Shown piece by piece: positions 54,452 to 63,644 of a stretch of DNA of 64,000 nt. Made by a program: the position numbers and the translations under genes. The notes below the pieces were generated by a model. That model was not told the origin of the DNA, ran no database searches, and worked only from the letters and a program-made list of their open reading frames with translations. Within the stretch, counting starts at the first letter, position 1. Each line of letters opens with the position of its first letter. Location: contig CAWIMO010000006.1 in assembly GCA_963837195.1 (NCBI GenBank), positions 526,798 through 590,797 of the forward strand. Direction: 5' to 3'. Origin of the DNA: Vulcanimicrobiota bacterium. GTDB taxonomy: Bacteria; Vulcanimicrobiota; Vulcanimicrobiia; Vulcanimicrobiales; Vulcanimicrobiaceae.

Positions 54452-55441
54452 TTGATGCTTCATGCCAAGCTCCTTATCGCCGTAGTTGCGTTTGCGGCGT
54501 CGTTTTACACTCGTCCGGGTCAGCTCGTTCGCGTCGATGCGCACCGCTTGAATATGTATTGCGCCGGCACCGGCTCACCCACGGTCGTCTTCGATTCGGG
54601 ATGGGAAGACTGGGCGCCGGCGTGGATCATCGTGCAGCCCGCGGTCGCGCGCTGGACGCGCACTTGCACCTACGACCGCGCCGGTGCCGGCTTCAGCGAC
54701 CCCGGTCCGATGCCGCGCACCAGCGTGCGCATCGCTGACGATCTCCACGCCGCCTTGCACAATGCCGGAATCCCCGGGCCGTATATCTTGGTCGGACATT
54801 CCTTCGGCAGCTACAACATGCGCACGTTCGTCGATCGCTATCCTAGTGAGGTCGCGGGACTAGTGCTGGTCGACGGCGAGGACGCCGACGTCGAGCCCGC
54901 GCACGAGCGGCTCGAAGACGATCGTAGCATGCCCGCGGTCATCGCAGAGTTACGCCGCTGTCGCGACGCGCTCGCGGCGGGAAAGCCGTTGCCCAAGCTG
55001 CCCGGCAAACACGGATGGGATTGCTCGCAGCAATTCTTTCGCGGCATTCCCGAGCGCATGTTCCCGGCACAGCTGAACGTCACGATTTTGAGCATTGCGC
55101 GCACTAAGCTCGCGCTTTACGACGAAGTGATGTCGGAGATGGCCGAGATGCCGTGGGACGAAACGTACCTCATCGCGCATTGGACGAGTCTTGGCTCGCG
55201 ACCCGTGCGCGTGCTCACCGCGCAGAATCACTTCTACGATACCGCCAAGACGCCGCCGGCCTTGCACCGGAAGCACCTGCTCTTCGAGCACCAGGAAGCG
55301 CTTGCACAAGCGCACTGGCTCGCACTTTCGTCCGACTCAAGGCAGATCTTTGCCTACCACAGCGGGCACTACATCGAACTCGATCAACCGCAACTCGTGA
55401 TCGATGCGATTCACGACGTGATCGAACGCACCCGCCACTAA
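54452..55441 (+). CDS. alpha/beta hydrolase
   Basis: VVFDSGWEDWAPAW...ILVGHSFGSYNMRTFVDRYPSEVAGLVLVDG. Confidence 0.8.
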   Translation: MMLHAKLLIAVVAFAASFYTRPGQLVRVDAHRLNMYCAGTGSPTVVFDSGWEDWAPAWIIVQPAVARWTRTCTYDRAGAGFSDPGPMPRTSVRIADDLHAALHNAGIPGPYILVGHSFGSYNMRTFVDRYPSEVAGLVLVDGEDADVEPAHERLEDDRSMPAVIAELRRCRDALAAGKPLPKLPGKHGWDCSQQFFRGIPERMFPAQLNVTILSIARTKLALYDEVMSEMAEMPWDETYLIAHWTSLGSRPVRVLTAQNHFYDTAKTPPALHRKHLLFEHQEALAQAHWLALSSDSRQIFAYHSGHYIELDQPQLVIDAIHDVIERTRH

Positions 55442-55452
55442 AGCGAGCCTAG

Positions 55453-57180
55453 CTACACGTCGACCAGACTGCGATAGGCCTGCAGCACGTCGCGACGCGT
55501 CACGATGCCCAGCAAATGCTCCTCGCTGTCGAGCACCGGTAACAGCGGCACCGGCGCATCGGCCATCAGCGTCGCCGCGCGCTCGACGGTATCGTCGCCA
55601 TGCAGCACGTGGGACATCGTTTGCAAGATGCTCGAGACCCGATTCGATCCGCGCCCCTCGGCGAGGGCGCGCGCCAAATCGGCCGACGTGACGATGCCGA
55701 CAAAACGCTTTCCGCTGCAGACCGGCACCGCCAACTCGCCCGACTCGCCATCCTGCAACGCAATGCTGCTGATCTCGTCGTTCAACTGTGCGACGAGCGG
55801 TGGCGAACGTCCGATCGTGCCGATGTTCACGCGGCTGAGGAATCGCGGGCGGCGCAAGCGCTGCCAATCGATGCCGCGGCGAATCAACTTCATTTCGTAG
55901 ACCGTCGAGCCGAGCATGCGCCGTCCCAATACGGTCGAGATCACTACGCACACCATCAGCGGTAGAATGATCCGGTAGTCGTTGGACATCTCGAAGACGA
56001 TCAGGATCGCGGTCATCGGCGCTTCCGCCGCCGCGGCAAAGAGCGCGGCCATGCCGACGAGACCGTAGGCCGCACCGGGCGCGGTCCAGAGTGGAAAGAG
56101 CTGGTGCACGACGCGACCGAATGCGTCGCCGAGAAACGCGCCGGTAAAGAGCGATGGCGCGAAGACCCCGCCCGAGCCGCCCGAACCCAGCGTGAGCGAC
56201 GTTGCGAGCGGTTTTGCAAATGCCAGTAAGAGCGCACGATCCGCGCCGACGTGCTGATCGAGCACCTGCTGCATCGAGACGTACCCGACGCCGAAGACTT
56301 GCGGAACCCAGATTCCGATCACGCCGACCAGCGCGAAGCCGATGCCGCCTTTGACCCACGCGGGAATTTTGAACGCCTCGAAACGATCTTCAAAGAAGTA
56401 CAGCATGCGCACGAATCCGGTAGCCCACACTGCGGCAATCACGCCAAGGACAGCATAAAAAATCAGCTCGTACGGCGAGACGAGTTCGAATCCGGCGGCC
56501 GAGAACGACGCGTGATCGCCGAAGTACGCGCGACCGATCACCGCCGCGAGCACCGACGACACGACGATTGCCGCAAACGATCGCGGCGCGAATTCGCCGA
56601 GAATGACTTCCGCTGCAAAGAACACGCCGCCGATCGGCGCGTTGAACGTTGCCGAAATACCGGCCGCAGCCCCGCACGCGACCAGCGTACGCACGATCGG
56701 TGCCGGCGCGCGCACCAGTTGTCCGAGCACCGAGCCAATCGTCGAACCGATCTGCACGATCGGACCTTCGCGCCCGCAGCTGCCGCCGAAACCGATCGAG
56801 GTCGCGGATGCCAGCGCTTTGATCGCGATCACGCGCGGACGCATCTTCCCGCCGCGCAGCGCCACCGCTTCCATCACCTCGGGCACGCCGTGGCCCTTGG
56901 CTTCGGGCGCGAAGGTCGACGCGATCCAGGCCGCGATGATGCCGCCGAGCGCGAGCTGCACCACGATGGCAAAGACGCCGATCACGTGACCGAGACCCGC
57001 GCCGATGACGTCGAACGCGAGCGCGTTCTCGAGGCTGATCAGCTCGCGAAACCCGACGGCACCGAAGCCGCCGCCGAGGCCAACGATGACCGCGGTCACC
57101 AGCAAAAAGGTTGTCTGCGATATCGTTACGCGTCCGACGCGTAATTGGGAACGGCCGTCTTTGAGGACGTACTCGATCAC
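55453..57180 (-). CDS. ClC-family chloride channel/transporter with C-terminal CBS pair
   Basis: GGSCGREGPIVQIGS, GAPIGGVFFAAE, GSGGSGGVFAPSLF; C-terminal CBS-like FVGIVTSADL...LLGIVTRRDV. Confidence 0.9.
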   Translation of the reverse strand: MIEYVLKDGRSQLRVGRVTISQTTFLLVTAVIVGLGGGFGAVGFRELISLENALAFDVIGAGLGHVIGVFAIVVQLALGGIIAAWIASTFAPEAKGHGVPEVMEAVALRGGKMRPRVIAIKALASATSIGFGGSCGREGPIVQIGSTIGSVLGQLVRAPAPIVRTLVACGAAAGISATFNAPIGGVFFAAEVILGEFAPRSFAAIVVSSVLAAVIGRAYFGDHASFSAAGFELVSPYELIFYAVLGVIAAVWATGFVRMLYFFEDRFEAFKIPAWVKGGIGFALVGVIGIWVPQVFGVGYVSMQQVLDQHVGADRALLLAFAKPLATSLTLGSGGSGGVFAPSLFTGAFLGDAFGRVVHQLFPLWTAPGAAYGLVGMAALFAAAAEAPMTAILIVFEMSNDYRIILPLMVCVVISTVLGRRMLGSTVYEMKLIRRGIDWQRLRRPRFLSRVNIGTIGRSPPLVAQLNDEISSIALQDGESGELAVPVCSGKRFVGIVTSADLARALAEGRGSNRVSSILQTMSHVLHGDDTVERAATLMADAPVPLLPVLDSEEHLLGIVTRRDVLQAYRSLVDV

Positions 57181-57189
57181 TCGGCGGGG

Positions 57190-58560
57190 CTAACCGACCA
57201 TCGCGCGTGCCGCGTGCGCGGCCGGCACGTTGGGATATTCGCCGGTCAAACAGCCCAGGCACATCTCCTCGCGTTTGCGTCCCGTCGCAGCGACCAAGCC
57301 ATCGAGTGAAAGGTAGCCGAGCGAGTCCGCATCGGCTTTTTCTCTGATCTGTTCGGTCGTGAAATTCGCAGCGATCAATTCGTCATACGTCGCCATGTCG
57401 ACGCCAAGGTAACACGGATGCTTGATCGGCGGCGAAGTGATGCGCAGGTGCACTTCTTTTGCGCCGGCGTCGCGCAGCAACTTGACGATGCGCGGGGTCG
57501 TCGTGCCGCGCACAATCGAATCGTCGACGACGACCACGCGTTGGCCGCGCAGATTCTCGACGACCGGATTGAACTTCAACTGGACGCCGCGCGAACGCAA
57601 GCCCTGATCGGGGCTGATAAACGTGCGCCCGATGTAGCGATTCTTGATGAGGCCTTCGATGTACGGGAACCCGCTTTCGTCGGCATAGCCGATGCCGCCC
57701 GGCACCGCCGAGTCGGGAATCGCCATCACCACGTCGGCCTCGACCGGATGTTCTTTGGCGAGCGCGCGGCCCATGGCGTAGCGTGCCATGTAAATCTGGC
57801 GGCCGTTGAGCATCGAATCGGGTCGCGCGAAATAGATGTATTCGAACATGCACAGCGCAGGATGGGCGCGCTCGTTCACCACGATCGTCGATTCGATGCC
57901 GGTCTGCGTGATGCGCACCACTTCACCCGGATCGATCTCGCGCAAATACTTGGCGCCGATCGTCGGCAGCGCGCACGATTCCGACGCGACCGCGTAGCCG
58001 CCGTCTTCGAATTGGCCCAAGCAGAGCGGACGCACGCCCCACGGATCGCGGAACGCGTAGAGTTCGTCCTTGGTGCAGAGCACGATCGAGTATGCGCCGC
58101 GCGCAACTTTGAGCACGTGCTTGATGCGATCGAGCATCGTGCCCGGCGCCTCGACGATCGTCTTGGCCATGACCTCGGAATCGGAGGTCGCTTGCAGCGT
58201 GGTGCTGGGCGAGAGCGATTCGCGCAGATCGTCGGTATTGGTGAGATTGCCGTTGTGGGCGAAGGCAAAGTCGCCGATCTCGGTCGATTCGAGCAGCGGC
58301 TGCGCGTTGACCACGATCGAGGAGCCGGTGGTCGAGTAGCGGGTGTGGCCGATGGCGATGTGGCCGGAAAGCTCGGCCAGCGACTCTTCGTCGAAGATCG
58401 CGCCGATCAGGCCCATGTCTTTGTGCGAACGGATCGTCCCGCCGTCGGCTGCAGCAATGCCCGCGGACTCCTGTCCCCGGTGTTGGAGGGCATAAAGCCC
58501 AAAATACGCCAGACGTGCCGCGTCACGCCCCGGCGTCAAAATTCCCGTAATCCCGCACAT
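57190..58560 (-). CDS. purF: Amidophosphoribosyltransferase
   Basis: MCGITGIL...LQHRGQESAGIA...VVVDDSIVRGTT. Confidence 0.95.
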   Translation of the reverse strand: MCGITGILTPGRDAARLAYFGLYALQHRGQESAGIAAADGGTIRSHKDMGLIGAIFDEESLAELSGHIAIGHTRYSTTGSSIVVNAQPLLESTEIGDFAFAHNGNLTNTDDLRESLSPSTTLQATSDSEVMAKTIVEAPGTMLDRIKHVLKVARGAYSIVLCTKDELYAFRDPWGVRPLCLGQFEDGGYAVASESCALPTIGAKYLREIDPGEVVRITQTGIESTIVVNERAHPALCMFEYIYFARPDSMLNGRQIYMARYAMGRALAKEHPVEADVVMAIPDSAVPGGIGYADESGFPYIEGLIKNRYIGRTFISPDQGLRSRGVQLKFNPVVENLRGQRVVVVDDSIVRGTTTPRIVKLLRDAGAKEVHLRITSPPIKHPCYLGVDMATYDELIAANFTTEQIREKADADSLGYLSLDGLVAATGRKREEMCLGCLTGEYPNVPAAHAARAMVG

Positions 58561-58607
58561 TGCTGCCTTACGCTATTCTAGCAGGCAGCGAGCGGTCCCG
58601 TCTGTGC

Positions 58608-59270
58608 TTAATCTCTACTGCTGCTTCGGCCGCCGAAAATTTGCAGCAATGCGAGGAAGATATTGATCGCGTCGAGGTAGATCGACGTCGCGATCTGCAC
58701 GGCGCTCAGACCATCCCCACCAGCCCGGATTCGGGCAAAATCGATGAGCACGAGGCCGCTGAAGATAACCAAGATCCCCCACGAGTAGATCGTCGGCGGT
58801 AGGAAGTGGACGAAGATCGAGATGACGCCGATCACGACCAGCACGAGCAATGCGCCGAAAAAGATGCCGGAGAATCGCCGCAGATCGAGGCCCGTTGCGT
58901 AGACGATCGCTCCGAGCGCAAACATGCCCAAGCCCGTCGTCAATGCAGCGTTAAACACCACCATACTTCCGGCGGTGTGCGCGTAATACGTCACGATCGG
59001 CGCGATGAATATGCCTTCGAGAAACGTGAACGCGTAGAAGAGCACGAGTGAGAGCGCGGGATTAGCGCGCGTGAAGTTCATCGCGATGATGAGCGCAAAC
59101 GACCCGATGATCGCCACCCAGCTAAAGGGGGCATTCGGAAAGAGATAGACGGCGAGCGCGGTGATGCACATGCCGAGCGCGGTAATCCCAAGGACCTGGC
59201 CGAGCAACGACTGGGTCGACTGGGTGGTGAGACTACGCCCATACTGATTGGGCTGCATTTGATAAGCCAT
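58608..59270 (-). CDS. Bax inhibitor-1/YccA-family membrane protein
   Basis: Internal ATG; seven TM segments; FYAFTFLEGIFIAPIV...IATSIYLDAINIFLALLQIFG. Confidence 0.85.
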   Translation of the reverse strand: MAYQMQPNQYGRSLTTQSTQSLLGQVLGITALGMCITALAVYLFPNAPFSWVAIIGSFALIIAMNFTRANPALSLVLFYAFTFLEGIFIAPIVTYYAHTAGSMVVFNAALTTGLGMFALGAIVYATGLDLRRFSGIFFGALLVLVVIGVISIFVHFLPPTIYSWGILVIFSGLVLIDFARIRAGGDGLSAVQIATSIYLDAINIFLALLQIFGGRSSSRD

Positions 59271-59320
59271 GGCTCTCTTTGATAACCCCTCTCTGCCTGG
59301 GGAGTTACAGGTTCCCGCCT

Positions 59321-59375
59321 CCGTCACCCTGAGGTGTGAGCCCTGAGCCAGTCGAAGGGCGAGCCTCGAAGGCCC
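59321..59375 (+). repeat. Dispersed repeat, composite GTCACCCTGAGG variant
   Basis: ccgtcaccctgaggtgtgagccctgagccagtcgaagggcgagcctcgaaggcccc. Confidence 0.75.
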
Positions 59376-59376
59376 C

Positions 59377-59405
59377 TTGATACGAACGTATGTTCGTATT
59401 ATACT
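59377..59405 (+). promoter_or_regulatory. Sigma-70-type promoter TTGATA-17-TATACT of the radical SAM gene (near-leaderless)
   Basis: TTGATAcgaacgtatgttcgtatTATACTggcgggaacATG. Confidence 0.55.
59383..59396. promoter_or_regulatory. LexA (Cheo-type SOS) box CGAACGTATGTTCG in the promoter spacer
   Basis: GAAC-N4-GTTC with flanking C/G; 13/14 identical to the B. subtilis consensus CGAACATATGTTCG as I recall it. The arms tacgaac/gttcgta are a perfect inverted repeat. Confidence 0.6.
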
Positions 59406-59414
59406 GGCGGGAAC

Positions 59415-60305
59415 ATGCGCGGAGTCGAGGTAGTCGAGCAGCACGCCAAGAGCATCATCAATGCGGTGAGCGGCATGCCGTTCAAGTGGTCGATCAACCC
59501 GTACCGGGGCTGCTACCACCAGTGCCGCTTCTGCTACGCCCGCCGGACCCACACCTACTTGGAGGAGGACGGGGTCAAGGGTTGGGGCTCCAAGCTCTAC
59601 GTCAAAGTCAACGCGCCCGCGGTTGTCCGCAGCGAGCTGGCCAAGCGGAGCTGGAAGCGCGAGCCGGTCGCGATCGGGACGGTGACCGACCCATACCAGC
59701 CGCTCGAAGGCCGCTACAGCATCACGCGCGGGATCCTCGAGGCGATGCGCGACTATCAATCGCCCGCGAATCTCATTACCCGCTCGCCGCTGATCGTCCG
59801 CGACATCGACGTTCTGCAGGCGCTGGCGCGGGTCGCGAGCACGCACGTCTCGATCAGTATTTCCACGCTCGACGAGCAGCTGGCACGCGAGATCGAGCCG
59901 ACCGTCGCGCCGCCGCGGCAGCGCTTACGTGCGGTGCGGATGCTGGCCGACGCAGGCATCCACGTGAACGTGGCCCTCGCGCCGGTGTTGCCGCATATCA
60001 CCGACGCACCTGAATCGATCGATGCGGTGGTACGCGCAGCGCGGGATGCCGGCGCCGCCAAGGTCTGGCACAACACGCTGTATCTCCACGACATCACGCG
60101 CGATTCGTTCTTTGGCTATTTGCGCGAATACAAGCCCGAACTGATCGCGCAATATGCGCAAGAGTATCGTGGCACGTACGCGCCGCGCGCGATCGCCGAC
60201 CGCATCGATACCCAGGTTAGCGCTGCGCTCGAGCACCATCCCGCGCGCAGCGTCGATCGCATCCGCAGCGAAGCCGCCGTGCAACTCTCGCTCTTGTCAC
60301 CCTGA
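59415..60305 (+). CDS. Radical SAM protein, SplB/Rv2578c-like (DNA-repair photolyase COG1533 family)
   Basis: INPYRGCYHQCRFCYARRTH (CxxxCxxC). The last codons and the TGA lie in a repeat unit. Confidence 0.85.
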   Translation: MRGVEVVEQHAKSIINAVSGMPFKWSINPYRGCYHQCRFCYARRTHTYLEEDGVKGWGSKLYVKVNAPAVVRSELAKRSWKREPVAIGTVTDPYQPLEGRYSITRGILEAMRDYQSPANLITRSPLIVRDIDVLQALARVASTHVSISISTLDEQLAREIEPTVAPPRQRLRAVRMLADAGIHVNVALAPVLPHITDAPESIDAVVRAARDAGAAKVWHNTLYLHDITRDSFFGYLREYKPELIAQYAQEYRGTYAPRAIADRIDTQVSAALEHHPARSVDRIRSEAAVQLSLLSP

Positions 60306-60320
60306 GCGTAGTCGAAGGGG
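60293..60320 (+). repeat. Short dispersed-repeat variant overlapping the radical SAM 3' end
   Basis: cttgtcaccctgagcgtagtcgaagggg. Confidence 0.7.
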
Positions 60321-60356
60321 CGAAACATCGGCTTCCCCCCGATCGTACAGGAGGGG

Positions 60357-61223
60357 ATGAGATCGATTCTCCGGCACCCGTTGGTGCGAATCGTGTTGAT
60401 CGCGATCGTGTTTGCGATCCCGTTCACGCTCGCGGTGCTGGCGTCACGCGGACATCATTCGATCTGGATCAGCGTGGCGATCGCGTGGTTTCTTGCCACC
60501 GCGCTGCTGCTCAGCATCGCGCTGATCGAACGTCTCACCACGGGGCGTGGGCTCGCGCAAATCGGCTTCGCACCGCAGCACGCCGTTCGCGATCTCGTGC
60601 TCGGGCTGGTCGTGGGCGCGGCCCTCTTTAGCATCGTCGTGCTCGAACTCGCATTGAGCGGGCACTACCGGGTGACGGCCGTCACGCTAACGCCCGATCT
60701 CGCCGTAGCCGTGTTGCTGCTGCTCCCGGGCGCTGCGCTCGAGGAAATGCTCTTTCGCGGCGTGCTGTTTCGGCTGGTTGAGGAATCGGCGGGATCCTGG
60801 GTCGGCATCATTGTTTCAGCCGTGCTTTTCGGTGCGGCGCACGCTGCCAATCATGGCGCAACCTGGATTTCTACCGTGGCCATTGCGCTCGAGGCCGGCG
60901 TGCTGCTTGCCGCCGCGTACATCGTCACGCGAACGTTGTGGTTTCCGATCGGCTTGCACTTCGGCTGGAACTTTTTCGAAGGTCCGGTCTACGGTACGCA
61001 AGTGTCCGGCGGTCACCTCGTCGGAAGCGTTCTCGCCGGACACGTGAGCGGAGCACAATGGCTAACCGGTAGCACTTTCGGACCCGAGGCGGGCGTACCC
61101 GCGATTGTCACCTGCGTCATCGCGGCGGCAATATTGCTCGCCTACGCGACATTGCACGGCAAGATGCGCCCTAGCCGTTTGCTCGCGCGAGTTCCTCGTC
61201 GAGGATCCGGATCCCCATATTAA
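60357..61223 (+). CDS. CPBP-family intramembrane glutamic endopeptidase (CAAX protease/Abi)
   Basis: GAALEEMLFRGVLF...SAVLFGAAHAAN...IGLHFGWNFFEG. Confidence 0.85.
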   Translation: MRSILRHPLVRIVLIAIVFAIPFTLAVLASRGHHSIWISVAIAWFLATALLLSIALIERLTTGRGLAQIGFAPQHAVRDLVLGLVVGAALFSIVVLELALSGHYRVTAVTLTPDLAVAVLLLLPGAALEEMLFRGVLFRLVEESAGSWVGIIVSAVLFGAAHAANHGATWISTVAIALEAGVLLAAAYIVTRTLWFPIGLHFGWNFFEGPVYGTQVSGGHLVGSVLAGHVSGAQWLTGSTFGPEAGVPAIVTCVIAAAILLAYATLHGKMRPSRLLARVPRRGSGSPY

Positions 61224-61316
61224 ACGATTGGACGCCTCCGGCGTAGACCGCCGCGCCACACGCCATAACGGCATCGGTCCACGCGGGATCCCACGGCCCG
61301 GTTTCATTGATCGCCG

Positions 61317-61904
61317 TCATTCCTCTGCCTCTTCCCATAGCGCAAGGAGTTCGCGCGCTTCCTTCGATGCCAGCATGCTCGTCAGCCGCGCCACTTTGCG
61401 GCCGACCTCTTTTAAGCGTTGCTCCGTCGCGGCGTCCTTGAGGCCTCCCTGCGCGGTGAACGCAGAGGACGCATCGTACACCCACGCTTCCGAGGGAATA
61501 ACCCACGCGTGTAACGCGCGACCGATGGCACGCAACGCGTTGAGCGTATTCGCTCCACCCATCCGGCCGCCGGAAACACCGACAAGGCCCACGATTTTGC
61601 CCTCGAACTCGTGCATGCTCATCAAGTCGAGCGCATTCTTCAATATACCGCTAAGGGTCCCGTGATAATTCGGCGTTGCTAAAATGATGCCGTTTGCCTC
61701 GGCCACGATGTTTCGCAGACGCGCGACGCCGGGCGACTCCCGGTATTCATCTTCGCCCGAGCAGAACGGTAGATCGTAGTCGCGTAAGTTCACGACCTCA
61801 ACCATCGCACGATTAGCCGCCGCGCCGGCGAGCGCGGCATCGAGCGCCATCTTCGTGTAGCTGCCTTCGCGAAGGCTACCGCAAAGCCCGACAATCCGAA
61901 CCAC
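61317..61904 (-). CDS. NADPH-dependent FMN reductase
   Basis: VRIVGLCGSLREGSYT...ANGIILATPNYHGTLSGILKNALD. GTG 61904 chosen; the track start at 61934 is possible. Confidence 0.8.
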   Translation of the reverse strand: MVRIVGLCGSLREGSYTKMALDAALAGAAANRAMVEVVNLRDYDLPFCSGEDEYRESPGVARLRNIVAEANGIILATPNYHGTLSGILKNALDLMSMHEFEGKIVGLVGVSGGRMGGANTLNALRAIGRALHAWVIPSEAWVYDASSAFTAQGGLKDAATEQRLKEVGRKVARLTSMLASKEARELLALWEEAEE

Positions 61905-61967
61905 AATGCAAAGGTAGCATCGGGATGCGGGCAAAAATATCCCGGCAGCGCAGAACCAGCCGGCGAT

Positions 61968-62378
61968 CTAGCGCGCAAACGCCAGCAACACCAGCGTCGC
62001 AATCGTCGTAAGGTGCAGAACCAAGTGCATCGTGTTCGGCGTGATGCTCTTGCGGCGTCCGCGTTGCGAAGGAAGCAGATACGGAATCCACCACGCCTGC
62101 ACTTGTCCGAGAAAGAACGCGCCGTAGCTGATCCAGAGCCAGCCGTACAGCCAACCCGGATAGGGCGTGTAACGGTAGAACGAACTGCACACCAGGCCAA
62201 ACACAAAAGGCAGCGTTTGTAGCGCGGTCACGGTGACGAGCTGGGTCAGCGTGCGTTCGGCGCGCAACGTTCTTATCCGGTTGAAACGCCCGAGCGGCAG
62301 CCAATCCTGCAGCGCGAGGATGGTCACGGTCAGCCCCTGCAGCGCGAGCAGCAGATCGCGCGCGACGACGCCGGTCAT
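61968..62378 (-). CDS. Membrane protein, function unknown
   Basis: Four hydrophobic segments; the start overlaps the purD stop by 1 nt. Confidence 0.55.
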   Translation of the reverse strand: MTGVVARDLLLALQGLTVTILALQDWLPLGRFNRIRTLRAERTLTQLVTVTALQTLPFVFGLVCSSFYRYTPYPGWLYGWLWISYGAFFLGQVQAWWIPYLLPSQRGRRKSITPNTMHLVLHLTTIATLVLLAFAR

Positions 62379-63643
62379 TACACCTTCGCGATATCCGTGC
62401 GGTAGGTCAGGTCGCGCGTTCCGATGCGATCGGCCAGCGCGCGCACGCCATCGTACGCGCGCGAGCGCGCGGACACAAGATCGTCACCGACCGCACTCAC
62501 CGTTAGCACGCGGCCACCGCCGCTACGCACGCGCCCATCTTCGAGCGAACTCTGACCCCAAAACACCTGCACGCCCTCGCCCAGCGCAACGTCGGGATTG
62601 AGCCCTTGCAGCGGCGTGCTCGAACGCGGATAGTCGCTGGTCGCGAGCACGACGCCCACACAATGCCGCTCGCTCAGCGACGCCGCGCTCAAATCCATCG
62701 CGCCGTCGGCGCACGATTTGAGCAACTCGGCGAAGTCGCCGCTGACGCGCGGCATCAGCACCTGCGTCTCGGGATCGCCGAAGCGCGCGTTGAACTCGAT
62801 CACCATCGGTCCGTCGCTCGTCCACATCAAGCCGCAGTAGAGTACGCCGATATACTGCTCGCCTTCGGCCAGCAATCCGCGCAGTACCGGCGCGAGTATG
62901 CGCTCGCGCACCGCGTCGAAGAGCCCGTCGGGAAATCCCTCCGGCGGCGAATAGGCACCCATCCCGCCGGTGTTCGGTCCGGTGTCGCCGTCGCCCGCGC
63001 GCTTGTAGTCACAGGCCGCGGCAAGCGGCACCATCGCGCGACCGTCGGCCAGCGCAAAGACGCTCACCTCGCGCCCTTCGAGCCGCTCCTCGAGCAGCAC
63101 GTCGCTCCCGCCGCCGGGAATCTTGTTTTTGCCGTACCAATCGGCGAGCACCGCGCGCGCTTCGTCAGCGCTATCGCATACCACGACGCCTTTGCCCGAA
63201 GCCAGACCGTCCGCCTTAACCACCACCCCGCCGCTCCAGCCGTCGAGAGCGGCGGTCGCGCCCTGCAGCGAGTGCACGATGTCGGCGCGCGCTGTCGGTA
63301 TACCGTGGCGCTGCATGAAGCGCTTGGCAAAGGTCTTACTCGATTCGAGCCGTCCGCTGGAGCGACTGGGCCCGAACACCGGCACGCCGGCGTCACGTAA
63401 GCGATCGCCGACGCCGGCAGCAATTGCCGATTCGGGGCCGAGCACAACCAGATCGATCTTCTCAGCGAGCACGCGGTCGACGATCGTTTTGCCGTCGGTT
63501 GCGGCGATCTCCCAATTGACCCCGCGCGAGGCAGTGCCGGCATTGCCGGGCGCGGCAAAGAGCGCGCTGCACGATGCCGACTGCGCAAGCCGCCACGACA
63601 GCGCATCCTCGCGCGCGCCATTGCCTACGACGAGAATGCGCAT
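62378..63643 (-). CDS. purD: Phosphoribosylamine-glycine ligase
   Basis: MRILVVGNGAREDAL...VVKADGLASGKGVVV...FNARFGDPETQ. Confidence 0.95.
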   Translation of the reverse strand: MRILVVGNGAREDALSWRLAQSASCSALFAAPGNAGTASRGVNWEIAATDGKTIVDRVLAEKIDLVVLGPESAIAAGVGDRLRDAGVPVFGPSRSSGRLESSKTFAKRFMQRHGIPTARADIVHSLQGATAALDGWSGGVVVKADGLASGKGVVVCDSADEARAVLADWYGKNKIPGGGSDVLLEERLEGREVSVFALADGRAMVPLAAACDYKRAGDGDTGPNTGGMGAYSPPEGFPDGLFDAVRERILAPVLRGLLAEGEQYIGVLYCGLMWTSDGPMVIEFNARFGDPETQVLMPRVSGDFAELLKSCADGAMDLSAASLSERHCVGVVLATSDYPRSSTPLQGLNPDVALGEGVQVFWGQSSLEDGRVRSGGGRVLTVSAVGDDLVSARSRAYDGVRALADRIGTRDLTYRTDIAKV

Positions 63644-63644
63644 T

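Noticed and set aside
58561-58607. Hairpin GCTGCCT...AGGCAGC between the BI-1 gene and purF as a terminator or purine riboswitch
   Set aside because: The loop is 14 nt and no U-tract follows on the transcribed (minus) strand. It is far too short for a purine or ZTP riboswitch.
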